Shown: positions 1-8,712 of the stretch, piece by piece | How positions within the stretch are numbered: position 1 is the first letter of the stretch | How the letters are laid out: every line of letters begins with the position of its first letter | IMG/VR virus record: IMGVR_UViG_3300036781_000418 | Span: 278,592-342,591 of that record | Reading direction: 5' to 3' (one strand) | Length of the DNA: 64,000 nucleotides | Position numbers and translations under genes: made by a program | The notes under the pieces: model-generated | Databases searched by the model: none | Told to the model about the DNA's origin: nothing | What the model saw: only the letters and a program-made list of their open reading frames with translations

Positions 1-2485
1 AGCTTGAACCAGTGGAGGTGCCAGACGTGTGGCCAGTGTAGATGTTCGCAGCACCGGCTCCGGTGATCACGTTCCCGCCGACGTTAGTTGCGATCTGCGA
101 TGTGTCAGTGTACCCAACCAACAGATTACCTGAACCGTCAAGAGTCATCGACTGCGTGAAGGTAATCGCGGTTCCTGCAGTTGGAGTACCGACCGATGAG
201 TACCATTGATGGTTCCCTGTGCTTGGTGAGAACTCGTTCAGCCCAGCTTTTGCGGTGAAGCGTGCAATCCAGTTCGCGCCGTTGAAATAGCTGTTGTAGG
301 CGGTGCCAACGTTCGTAGTACCTGAGTCATAGTGTGCCAAGTACGAGCCGAACTGCATGGCTTTCATGGTGCCCCATGCATCTGGAATGACGTTCAAGCC
401 AAGAATACCGTTCGCATCCAACGCCATGGAGGATGTCAAGGTCGCCGCATTCCCGGCGGTGCCTGCTGGGGCCGACTGCCATTGGAACGAACCATTTGAC
501 ACCGTGAAGGCAGCGCCACCGGTGGAACCAGCATACGTGTACTGTGATCCAGTGTAGAATAGGTTCTCAATCAAGCGAATTGAATCTCCACGGGCCCAGA
601 GTGAACCAGTAGTTCCACTCGTACCGCCAGCACCCGCCGAAGAAAGTTGGATGACCTTTGCCCCTGACTCCCAAGCGCTCGGCGTAACGCCCTGTCCTAC
701 GTTGCCGTTGTTATCAAGGCGAACGCGCTCGGTACCAGTTGGTCCACCAGTGTATAGAGAAAGGAATGCACCTGCACCGATAGACACGCGAGATTCGGTG
801 GTTGAGCGCAGGTACAAACCAGTCAGGTTTGCTGGGGTGCTGGTGTCACCGATCACCACCGGCGCGGACGCAGCTCCGGCATGAGACACCAACAGGCCGC
901 TAGCACCGGTGATGAAGCCAGTTGCCGAAGCACCGATACCAAGTGCCCCACTTAGCAGGCTCTGGTTTGTACCTGACTGGTTGATGAAGTAGTTGCCAGT
1001 GAACGCAAGGTTGTCGGCGATGGTGGCGTTGTTCGTGCCAACCGTCTGATCAAGCGCATACAGCCCGATCGCACGGGTGATCGTCGAGCCCGCGCCCTTG
1101 ATGATCGCCTGTGATGCGTATCCAGCAACGTACGGCACCGTGAACGCGGAGGCCGCGGTAGCTGGAACTGAGTTTACGCCGATGGCGGCGACCGTCGCCG
1201 TGGCGGTGATCGCCAACGCTGAGTTCACGCCAGTCTGTGACGTACTAGCCAACGGACCAGAGGTGCCAACCGTCAGGGCCGCGGACGAAACGTACGAGCT
1301 GGCGCCGAGCCCGGTTGGCTTGCTGGTGTTCAAGCCGTTTCCATCGTACGTGAACGAGCCAGACGATGTCAGCGCCTTTGAACCACCAGTGTACATCACG
1401 CAGTTCGCCGATAGGTTCGACATCGTAAGGTTGCCGGCCAAGGTGATGCTGCCGCCGATGAACGACGCCACGTTACTCTGTTGGTTGATGAACCATGAGC
1501 CAGTAAAGTTGGTCGTGTCCGCGAGCGTGGCGTTGTTCGTGCCCGCCGTTTGGGTTGGTGCAAGGATACCAACGGTGTTCGTAATCGTCGAGCCTGCACC
1601 CTTGATGATCGGCGCGCTGTTGAAGTTCGAGACATACGGTGCCGTAAACGTCGCGGCTGAAGTTGACGTTGCTGAGGAGACACCAACCACGGCGACCGTC
1701 GCGGCGGACGTAGCCGTCAACGAAGTCAGCTGGCCAATTTGGGTCGTCGTCGACAGTGGGTTGGTGTTGGCGATGGAGACGGCTGAGTTGGCGGCCGTTG
1801 AACCGGCCAGACCCAACAAGCTGCCACTGGTGATCAGCTGACTGGTGCCCACCTGCAGTCCGTTGACTGGAAGGTTGAGCGTACCCGTCATGGTGTCACC
1901 GGTCTTCTGTACGAAGCCAGTACCCAGCGCACCCGTGATGTCGGAGCTTGTCACCGCGGTGGTACCGGTGACAAGGCCCTTGCCGTTGACCGTCACCTTC
2001 AAGAAGGAACCGGTGCCGCTGTCCGTTTGGTTAGCAAGCGACGAGATGATGTTGACGTTCTGGGAACCGTCGAAGGTGGTCGAGCCGGTGACAGCGCCTG
2101 AGATGACGATGTTCCGACCAGTCTCAAGCAAGGTCGCCTTGGAGGCGGTGCCGATGAAGTTGGAAGCCGTCACCGTGCCGGTTGAGCTGACGTTGCCGCC
2201 TGCGACGACGAGCTGACCAACGCCGACGTTCAGACCGTTGGATGGCAGGTTCAAGGTGCCAGTCATGGTATCACCGGACTTCAACACGAACAAGCCGTCG
2301 GCGTCGGTGCTCAGTCGAGCCCAGTCACCGTTCAGGTAGCAGTACATGCCCTTGATTGACAGGTCCGAATCTGAACGGTAGAACAGCTCGCCTTCATCTG
2401 GATCCGATGGAAAGCTAGCACCGGACGCAATGGACGCGTTGGCGATCACCGATCCTTCTTGGATCTGTACACCGTGAAACTTCAT
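1..2485 (-). CDS. Tail fibre protein (3' end runs off window; absent from ORF track)
   Basis: ATG at 2485 after AAGGAG. Translates MKFHGVQIQEGSVIANASIASGASFPSDPDEGELFYRSDSD..., paralogous to the N-terminus of 3342..6200. Gly/Thr/Ser-rich, with KSGDTMTG/KTGDTMTG fibre motifs and an internal repeat (~1077 vs ~1581). Confidence 0.85.
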   Translation of the reverse strand, partial: MKFHGVQIQEGSVIANASIASGASFPSDPDEGELFYRSDSDLSIKGMYCYLNGDWARLSTDADGLFVLKSGDTMTGTLNLPSNGLNVGVGQLVVAGGNVSSTGTVTASNFIGTASKATLLETGRNIVISGAVTGSTTFDGSQNVNIISSLANQTDSGTGSFLKVTVNGKGLVTGTTAVTSSDITGALGTGFVQKTGDTMTGTLNLPVNGLQVGTSQLITSGSLLGLAGSTAANSAVSIANTNPLSTTTQIGQLTSLTATSAATVAVVGVSSATSTSAATFTAPYVSNFNSAPIIKGAGSTITNTVGILAPTQTAGTNNATLADTTNFTGSWFINQQSNVASFIGGSITLAGNLTMSNLSANCVMYTGGSKALTSSGSFTYDGNGLNTSKPTGLGASSYVSSAALTVGTSGPLASTSQTGVNSALAITATATVAAIGVNSVPATAASAFTVPYVAGYASQAIIKGAGSTITRAIGLYALDQTVGTNNATIADNLAFTGNYFINQSGTNQSLLSGALGIGASATGFITGASGLLVSHAGAASAPVVIGDTSTPANLTGLYLRSTTESRVSIGAGAFLSLYTGGPTGTERVRLDNNGNVGQGVTPSAWESGAKVIQLSSAGAGGTSGTTGSLWARGDSIRLIENLFYTGSQYTYAGSTGGAAFTVSNGSFQWQSAPAGTAGNAATLTSSMALDANGILGLNVIPDAWGTMKAMQFGSYLAHYDSGTTNVGTAYNSYFNGANWIARFTAKAGLNEFSPSTGNHQWYSSVGTPTAGTAITFTQSMTLDGSGNLLVGYTDTSQIATNVGGNVITGAGAANIYTGHTSGTSTGSS

Positions 2486-2515
2486 CCCATATCTCCTTGT
2501 AGATATGGGTATTTA
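2486..2515 (-). promoter_or_regulatory. Late promoter TAAATA plus 9-bp hairpin occluding the RBS
   Basis: Minus strand reads CTAAATA-CCCATATCT-ACAAGG-AGATATGGG-ATG. Confidence 0.7.
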
Positions 2516-2532
2516 GGTCCTGGTGTCCCGGT

Positions 2533-3345
2533 TTACCGAACCATGAGCATGACCTGGTTCGTGCCGCCCATGTTCGAGTCAAGGCTGGAACCACCCTGCA
2601 CGTAGACGTTTCCAGAGAGCGAGGCACCGTTGCAGAACGCACCTGGGTACCATGCTGGACTAGACACGTTACAGTACGTTGTGGTCATGCCAGTCGCGTT
2701 GATTCCGTAACCACCGACGCTTGGGGTGCAGCAGTCGCGCATGAAGTAGTTGTCGTCAGCCGTCGCGGTAATTGGGAAGCCAAGGTTCGTCTGCATACCA
2801 GGAAAGATTGAACCACCACCGTAGACGCTGGTGTCCTGCTTAAGCACCGCCACGCCCGTGTACGTCTGGGTCGTGTCGCTGTTGAACAGCTGCCCGGCTC
2901 CACCAACGAAGCTGACCATGTAGATGTACGGACCCCAAGAGAAGTCGTCGTTCCGAGCTTGGTTGCCGTACATGTACTGGTAGAAGTTCAAGCCGTTCTG
3001 CCAGAGGCCGTAGATTCCAAGTTGGTAGCAGTTGTTCATGACCGCCAGGGAGCCGATCGCCGGCCCACGCCAGCCCCATGTTCCAGCGGTGGCTAGGGTC
3101 GCGCCTGGGTTGGTGCGAGCGACCAACATCCAACCACCGCCGTCCGTCGTCATGTCGCAGTAGACCTGCACCGCCGAGCCAGCGGGCGGCTTGATCCAGT
3201 AGGCACCACTTCCAGATGTTGGAAACTGTCGCTTAATCTGCAGGGCTGACGCCCCGGCGTTTACGGCCGTTGAGCCGTCACGCGTTCCAGCTCCACCAAC
3301 GGTGATGTACCCCGCACCAAGGTGCATCGTCTGCTGCATCGTCAT
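2533..3345 (-). CDS. Fibrinogen C-terminal-like domain virion/tail accessory protein
   Basis: SGAYWIKP...VYCDMTTDGGGWMLV fibrinogen signature. Coupled (ATGA) to the upstream tail fibre. Confidence 0.8.
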   Translation of the reverse strand: MTMQQTMHLGAGYITVGGAGTRDGSTAVNAGASALQIKRQFPTSGSGAYWIKPPAGSAVQVYCDMTTDGGGWMLVARTNPGATLATAGTWGWRGPAIGSLAVMNNCYQLGIYGLWQNGLNFYQYMYGNQARNDDFSWGPYIYMVSFVGGAGQLFNSDTTQTYTGVAVLKQDTSVYGGGSIFPGMQTNLGFPITATADDNYFMRDCCTPSVGGYGINATGMTTTYCNVSSPAWYPGAFCNGASLSGNVYVQGGSSLDSNMGGTNQVMLMVR

Positions 3346-6200
3346 GTCACGTTCCCGTTGATGACACAGGTAGCCGTGTCAATAAACCAAATGGTGGCAA
3401 ACCCAAACGGTAGCAGCGTGCGGTTGCCCGTGGCGGTCGTCCCACCAAGGCGTAGTGTCACTCCAGCGTCTTGAATAAGGGTGACCGCCGAGTTGGAGTT
3501 GTTGAAGACGGAGAACGTGGCCCCCGCGGTGCTTGTGCCTACTGTCTGACTGGTTGTAATCACCCAGCACGCACCACGTACAAACCCAGAGGCAACTGGT
3601 GGAATGTTACGCCAACCAAGCTCTTGGGTGTTGGTCTGGTCGAAGATGCCGTTTTGATTGATCAACATCCGCTCAGTGTAGACCGCCGTCTGGGAGTTGT
3701 AGCTACCAAACGAGATCGACGTAGGTGACGCACCAGCCGACCCAGCGAAGAGGTTCAACTGAAAGGAGGAGCCTGTACCCATGTCAACTCCGAAGCCGTG
3801 CTGCGCGTTGCCTGGGTTGTCGTACATAAGGGCGCGGACGCCAGTCGTAGTGCCAAGTGAAAGGGCCGCGCTTGGTGACTGCGTGCTGATGCCCAGCTTC
3901 GAGTTGACCGCCACGACTCCAGTGTTCAAAATCGTGATGGCACCGTTTGCCGGCTCCGTATTACCGTTGCCGCCAAGTTCAAGCGTGTTTCCAGGCTTGC
4001 CAGTGAACCAGTACGCCACACCTGAACCGGCGTTCGCCTGCAGAACCATGTTGGCGCTGACTGACGCGGCCCCACGCAGCTGCAGTGGAACGTTGTCAGT
4101 CGCCTGAATCAACAGGTCGCCCGTCATCGTGTCACCAGTCTTCAACACGTTCAGTGAGGCTGCACCGACCACCGAGCCGACGAAGCCTGGGGCCGTGACG
4201 TTACCGGAGAAGGTGGCTGCCCCAGATGCTCGGTTGACGGCCAGCGCCGTGCTAAGCACGACACCGGTATCGGAGTAGCGAATCAGGCTGAAGTCTGAGC
4301 CAACGTTCAACCCAGACTCAGCGGTGTTCGTCTTCTGAATCGTCCAACGGTTTGAGTTGGACGTCTGCAAGTTGACGCCGCCCGTCTGTGTCGCAGCCGA
4401 GGAGTTGATGTTGATGACGGGGTTCGCCTTCGTCATCGTCATGTCGCCGCCCAGACCGATCAAGCCGGTGGCGCGTCCAATGGCGAACGGCGTATCAATC
4501 AAGACGCCGTTGTCGGCGTAGCGTGAGATCAAGAAGGTTGAACCAGCGTTGCCACCCGTCTCGGTGTCGTTGTTCTTACCCACCTGCCAACGCAGCAGAC
4601 CAGTTGAAAAGTACTGGGTCAGCGACTGCTTGCCCGAAGCGGCGCTTAGCCGTAGGAACGCGTCCGTAGATGAGCCAATCAACATGTAGCTGCCTGACGA
4701 CGTGATGTTCGCGCCAGCACGGTCAATTGACAGCGCGGTGTCAATGGCGACACCGTTGTCGGCGTACCGAGTGATGGTGAAGTTGGAGCCAGAGTTGGTG
4801 CCAGATTCGGTAAGGTTGTTCTTACCTACACCCCAACGCAGCGAACCGTTCGTCGACATCGACAGCATCGCGGGCTGTGCAACCGCGGCCGTGTTAAGGC
4901 TGATGGACGGAGTGGCCTTTGAGATCACCAGGTCACCCACCATGGTGTCGCCAATCTTCTTAACGTAGGCACTATCGGTGAAGGTGGTAATGTCACTTGA
5001 TACCACAGGTGTCGTCCCTGAAACTCGACCGAACCCATCACGCGCAAACTTAAGGAACGTTCCACCTCCACCGTCCAACAGCGACGCTAGGCTGAAAACG
5101 TTGGAAATCAGGGTAAGGCCGGTGCCGGCTTGATAGGCGTTCTGCGCTGAGAACTGGACGAAGACCATAGGGTCCGTGCCGATCGTCGTGACCGTCGCCG
5201 TTTGGGTCCAGCCAGTATCGCCGTTCACGGTACCTTGCTGCACAAACACGGCGGCCGAGTTCACCTCATCGATTGGTGAGATGGAATCCATGTCGGTCGA
5301 ACGAGTCCACGCGCCTGAAGCCACGACGTAGATGCCGTTGTCAGGCTGGTTCGTTTGGTTCTTGACCAGCACTCGATCGCCGACGTTCGCCACAACGGAG
5401 TCAATGGACTGCGAAGCCGACAGGGTGACGTTGCCGGTCGTCGCCAACTTTACTGGGTTCTTCCATGAGAAACCGGCGACGATGTTGTCGGCGTAGTCCT
5501 TCGTCACCAGGTGCAGGCCAGACGTCGGAGTCGCTCCAGTCACGGGGTTGTTGAACGTCCAGTTGCCGGTGATCGTCTCGTTGCCGGCGTTACGTGACAG
5601 CAGGGTGCCGTCCGTAACCTGTGACTCAAGGATCGTCAGCGCAGCCTGGTGCTGGGTAACTGAGCTCTGCGCGATACGACCATCGGCCAAGGTACCGGAA
5701 GTCACCTGGTTGCCGTCGATAGCGATTGCGGTGGTCGTCACCGACGTTGTCCGACCCTTCGCGTCGATCGTCATGACTGGAACGGCTGAGGCTGTACCGT
5801 AGGTTCCAGCCGTCGCGACCGTTACCAGGTTCAAGGTAGACGATGAGGAGCTCAACGTACCGGCCACGTCACCCGTCACATTGAAGGTTGACGACGTCGA
5901 GGTCCAAGCCGTGCCGGTGTAGAAGTACAAGACATCGGTCGAGGTATTGTAAAATAGGTCGCCACGCAACGCCGCCGTTGGAAAGCTGGCTCCAGATGGG
6001 GCGGTGATTGCGTCCGACGACGCGACTCGTTCCCATGCGGCCGAGATGTAGCAGTACAGTCCGCGCAGTGTGACGTCCGAGTCGGTACGGAAGAACATCT
6101 CACCTTCGTTTGGACTGGCTGGGAAGGATCCCGTTGCCGAGGCAACCACCAAGTTAACGATGGTGCCGCCCTCACGCAGGGTGATGGTGTGGTAAAGCAT
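3342..6200 (-). CDS. Long tail fibre protein
   Basis: 952 aa, Gly/Thr/Ser-rich. DRVLVKNQTNQPDNGIY module, three G(S)xFxIxRY(A/S)DxG repeats, GDTM(T/V)G motifs. Late promoter upstream. Confidence 0.85.
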   Translation of the reverse strand: MLYHTITLREGGTIVNLVVASATGSFPASPNEGEMFFRTDSDVTLRGLYCYISAAWERVASSDAITAPSGASFPTAALRGDLFYNTSTDVLYFYTGTAWTSTSSTFNVTGDVAGTLSSSSSTLNLVTVATAGTYGTASAVPVMTIDAKGRTTSVTTTAIAIDGNQVTSGTLADGRIAQSSVTQHQAALTILESQVTDGTLLSRNAGNETITGNWTFNNPVTGATPTSGLHLVTKDYADNIVAGFSWKNPVKLATTGNVTLSASQSIDSVVANVGDRVLVKNQTNQPDNGIYVVASGAWTRSTDMDSISPIDEVNSAAVFVQQGTVNGDTGWTQTATVTTIGTDPMVFVQFSAQNAYQAGTGLTLISNVFSLASLLDGGGGTFLKFARDGFGRVSGTTPVVSSDITTFTDSAYVKKIGDTMVGDLVISKATPSISLNTAAVAQPAMLSMSTNGSLRWGVGKNNLTESGTNSGSNFTITRYADNGVAIDTALSIDRAGANITSSGSYMLIGSSTDAFLRLSAASGKQSLTQYFSTGLLRWQVGKNNDTETGGNAGSTFLISRYADNGVLIDTPFAIGRATGLIGLGGDMTMTKANPVININSSAATQTGGVNLQTSNSNRWTIQKTNTAESGLNVGSDFSLIRYSDTGVVLSTALAVNRASGAATFSGNVTAPGFVGSVVGAASLNVLKTGDTMTGDLLIQATDNVPLQLRGAASVSANMVLQANAGSGVAYWFTGKPGNTLELGGNGNTEPANGAITILNTGVVAVNSKLGISTQSPSAALSLGTTTGVRALMYDNPGNAQHGFGVDMGTGSSFQLNLFAGSAGASPTSISFGSYNSQTAVYTERMLINQNGIFDQTNTQELGWRNIPPVASGFVRGACWVITTSQTVGTSTAGATFSVFNNSNSAVTLIQDAGVTLRLGGTTATGNRTLLPFGFATIWFIDTATCVINGNVT

Positions 6201-6222
6201 TAAGCGCTCCTTGTAGATCCCC

Positions 6223-6263
6223 TATTTAGGAAAAGCACACCGTTCGGCCGTCTCGTGTAAATA
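6223..6263. promoter_or_regulatory. Divergent late promoters (TAAATA on minus at 6223-6228, on plus at 6258-6263)
   Basis: T4-late-like TAAATA boxes upstream of both divergent genes. Confidence 0.65.
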
Positions 6264-6287
6264 TCAAATCACATCTTTTGGCTAACC

Positions 6288-7286
6288 ATGCATAAGTTCA
6301 CCACAATTAACCAGCTCCTGAACGAGGCCGCCGGCGGTCGCAAGAAGGACGTTGACTATGAAGATGTCATGGTCAACAAGAAGCAGCCTAAGGGCACTCC
6401 AAAGCCGCCGAAGGGCACGCCCGTCGAGAAGGTGCTGGACCGCGTGGTGGCCAACCTTAAGTCCCACCAGGCCGGCGCGTTCAGCCGCCTGACCGCACGC
6501 TACGAGCGCTTGGACAAGGTCATGAAGAACATGATCAAGGCCCGTGACGACGTCAACGACAAGGTGCGTGGTGAACTTGAGGAGCTGTTCGACGCCGAAG
6601 ACGAAGTGCTGACGCGCGTCGTGCAGACCGCCTCTTGGACGATCACGCTGTCTAAGTTCGTGGCTGGCGCCGACAAGCCACCGAAGATTACCAAGGAGTA
6701 CGAGGACATCATCAAGGGGCTCATGGAGCTGATCGATGAGGAACTCGTGCCGAAGGCTGAAGAGATCATCAAGGCGTTCACGAAGGCGCTACCAGCCGAT
6801 GACACCCCAACCAAGCTGACCGTCAAGCCGGTTGGCGATAAGGCCGAGGACCTGTCCGAAGGGCTGCTGAAGCAGGCGAAGATCTGGCTGTCCAACTTCG
6901 TCTCCAAGATGAAGTCATGGTGCAAGTCCTACGACCGCAAGCTGGCGGACCTGAAAGCTGACTTCGCGGCGATCGAAGAAAAGCCGATCGCCGAAGCGGC
7001 TGATTCCGCTCAAGCCAAGGTGGATGAGTACAACACCAAGAAGCTGGCTGATCAAGACAACTGGAAGGTCACCGACCGCGTCGGTGAAGAAGGTACTTGG
7101 AAGCTTGACGATCAGATGCTTACTGGAACTATCCTCGCAGTGAGCGAAGATTATCCATATCTCTTCCTTGTTGAAGTTGAGCAGGCAATGAACAAGGTCG
7201 GCCGCCGGTGGGTAGATGAGCCAGTCAAGGGAGATGAAAAGTACTTTGAGCTGGACGAATCACAGTGGGAACATTCCTATCATTAA
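6288..7286 (+). CDS. Hypothetical protein, probable virion/internal head protein
   Basis: 332 aa, Lys/Glu-rich. Late promoter; N-terminal INQLLNE and internal LSE/IAE resemble prohead-protease sites. Confidence 0.55.
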   Translation: MHKFTTINQLLNEAAGGRKKDVDYEDVMVNKKQPKGTPKPPKGTPVEKVLDRVVANLKSHQAGAFSRLTARYERLDKVMKNMIKARDDVNDKVRGELEELFDAEDEVLTRVVQTASWTITLSKFVAGADKPPKITKEYEDIIKGLMELIDEELVPKAEEIIKAFTKALPADDTPTKLTVKPVGDKAEDLSEGLLKQAKIWLSNFVSKMKSWCKSYDRKLADLKADFAAIEEKPIAEAADSAQAKVDEYNTKKLADQDNWKVTDRVGEEGTWKLDDQMLTGTILAVSEDYPYLFLVEVEQAMNKVGRRWVDEPVKGDEKYFELDESQWEHSYH

Positions 7287-7334
7287 CCTGAGAGCAAAAG
7301 CACTCATAGGTTTCTAACAACTTACAATCAACAT

Positions 7335-7405
7335 CTCACCGCCAATGGATTGGTCCGATCCCTCCGAAGGATTGGTGTCGGGTTCGAATCCCGACGGTGG
7401 GTCCA
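7335..7405 (+). tRNA. tRNA-Arg(CCG), non-canonical short D-arm
   Basis: Acceptor CTCACCG/CGGTGGG + T + CCA. Anticodon stem GATCC/GGATT with loop CTCCGAA. T arm TCGGG-TTCGAAT-CCCGA. TACAAT box just upstream. Confidence 0.7.
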
Positions 7406-7419
7406 ACTGGAGATAGAAA

Positions 7420-7698
7420 ATGGCATTCATTCTTGAACAACTGCAGGCCCTGGCCGAAAAGAAGCGCGGTAAGAAGTGGAGCGCGGACGTTGAGACGAAG
7501 TGGGAACCTGAAGAGGGTTTCTTCGACGGCTCGGCTGGTAAGATCGCCAAGGGTCTCAAGGCCGCGAGCAAGGACCTGAAGCAGGCCATGTCGCGCCTGA
7601 ACTTCTACGTCAACCGTGCTGGCAAGAAGCTGGACGACAAAGCCAAGGCCCGTCTGGACATGGCTAAGGAAAAGCTGAGCGCCTTGTATGAAGATTGA
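7420..7698 (+). CDS. DUF3175-like protein
   Basis: KWSADV...EEGFF...KIAKGLK...AMSRLNFYVNRAGK pattern; GGAG RBS. Confidence 0.7.
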   Translation: MAFILEQLQALAEKKRGKKWSADVETKWEPEEGFFDGSAGKIAKGLKAASKDLKQAMSRLNFYVNRAGKKLDDKAKARLDMAKEKLSALYED

Positions 7699-7999
7699 TC
7701 AACTGCTTGAGGCCGAAGACAAGCCAAAATGGAAAACTAGATCAGTTGAGGCCGCGCTGAAAAACGGCTACAACGAAATCTCGGACTTCATGTCTGGAAA
7801 GCTTAACATCAAAGGCTTTGCCGACTTCATCTCCAACATGGCCATGAGCCAGACTGAAAATTCGCGTGAAGCACGCGTGAAGTCAAATCTAGAAACTGCC
7901 GCAAGGCACATCTACAAGCACCTCAAGAAGGAAGGCAAGTACTCGGAAGAGGAGCTTGACGACTTGATGGACGCCATTGAAGAATTGGAAGAATCATGA
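7688..7999 (+). CDS. Hypothetical protein with capsid-targeting-like N-terminus
   Basis: MKIDQLLEA start matches the 56.4-59.3 kb family leader. Confidence 0.6.
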   Translation: MKIDQLLEAEDKPKWKTRSVEAALKNGYNEISDFMSGKLNIKGFADFISNMAMSQTENSREARVKSNLETAARHIYKHLKKEGKYSEEELDDLMDAIEELEES

Positions 8000-8670
8000 A
8001 ACGCATCATTGAACTACGCGCCGCTGAAGGCGGCGAAGACAGCAAGCTGTTCGTCAAGGACCTTGCTTCAGCCTACATCAAGCTCGCGCAACGCGAAGGC
8101 TGAACTACCCGCCTGGTGGACGATCGCCTGGGAGAGCTTCACCTTGAAGTCTCCGGCGACGATCTATCAGAGCTCAACAACGAGCCAGGCGGACACCGTA
8201 TCCAGCGCATCCCACCGACCGAGCGTCGTGGCCGTGTGCACTCCTCCACCGTCACGGTGGCGGTCATTGATCCCAAGGAACGACGTACCATCGAGTACAA
8301 CGACCGAGACTTCAAACTCGAGTGGTACTCTGGAACGGGGGCGGGCGGTCAACACCGCAACAAGCACCAGAACTCCTGTCGCCTTACGCACCTCCAAACC
8401 AAGGAGGTCGCCACTGCCCAGTGCCGTTCACGTGAGAACTCCTTCGCCCAAGCGCAGTCCGAGCTGTTGGCAAGGCTGAACGGCTCGGCCCTCAGCTCCG
8501 ACCTAAAGGAAGTTGCCCAGTTCCGTAAGGAGCAGGTCGGTTCAGGCGAACGTGGTGACAAGATCCGCACGTACCGCTTCCAAGACGACCAGGTGAAGGA
8601 CCACCGTACGGGGCAGACCGCCGTGTTGTCCAAGGTCATGCAAGGTAACTTCAGGTTGCTTTGGTCCTAA
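7996..8670 (+). CDS. Class I peptide chain release factor (RF1-type, lacking domain 1) with in-frame TGA at 8101-8103
   Basis: ATG 7996 gives MKRIIELRAAEGGEDSKLFVKDLASAYIKLAQREG*TTRLVDD..., in frame with track ORF 8116..8670. That ORF has HRIQRIPPTE (PxT), GAGGQHRNK and KIRTY. Confidence 0.85.
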
Positions 8671-8712
8671 GCTGGGGACGCTGACGATGTGGCGACGACC
8701 TATGATCATAGT

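Noticed and set aside
357-2216. Plus-strand ORFs over the first 2.2 kb
   Set aside because: Antisense to the minus-strand tail fibre starting at 2485.
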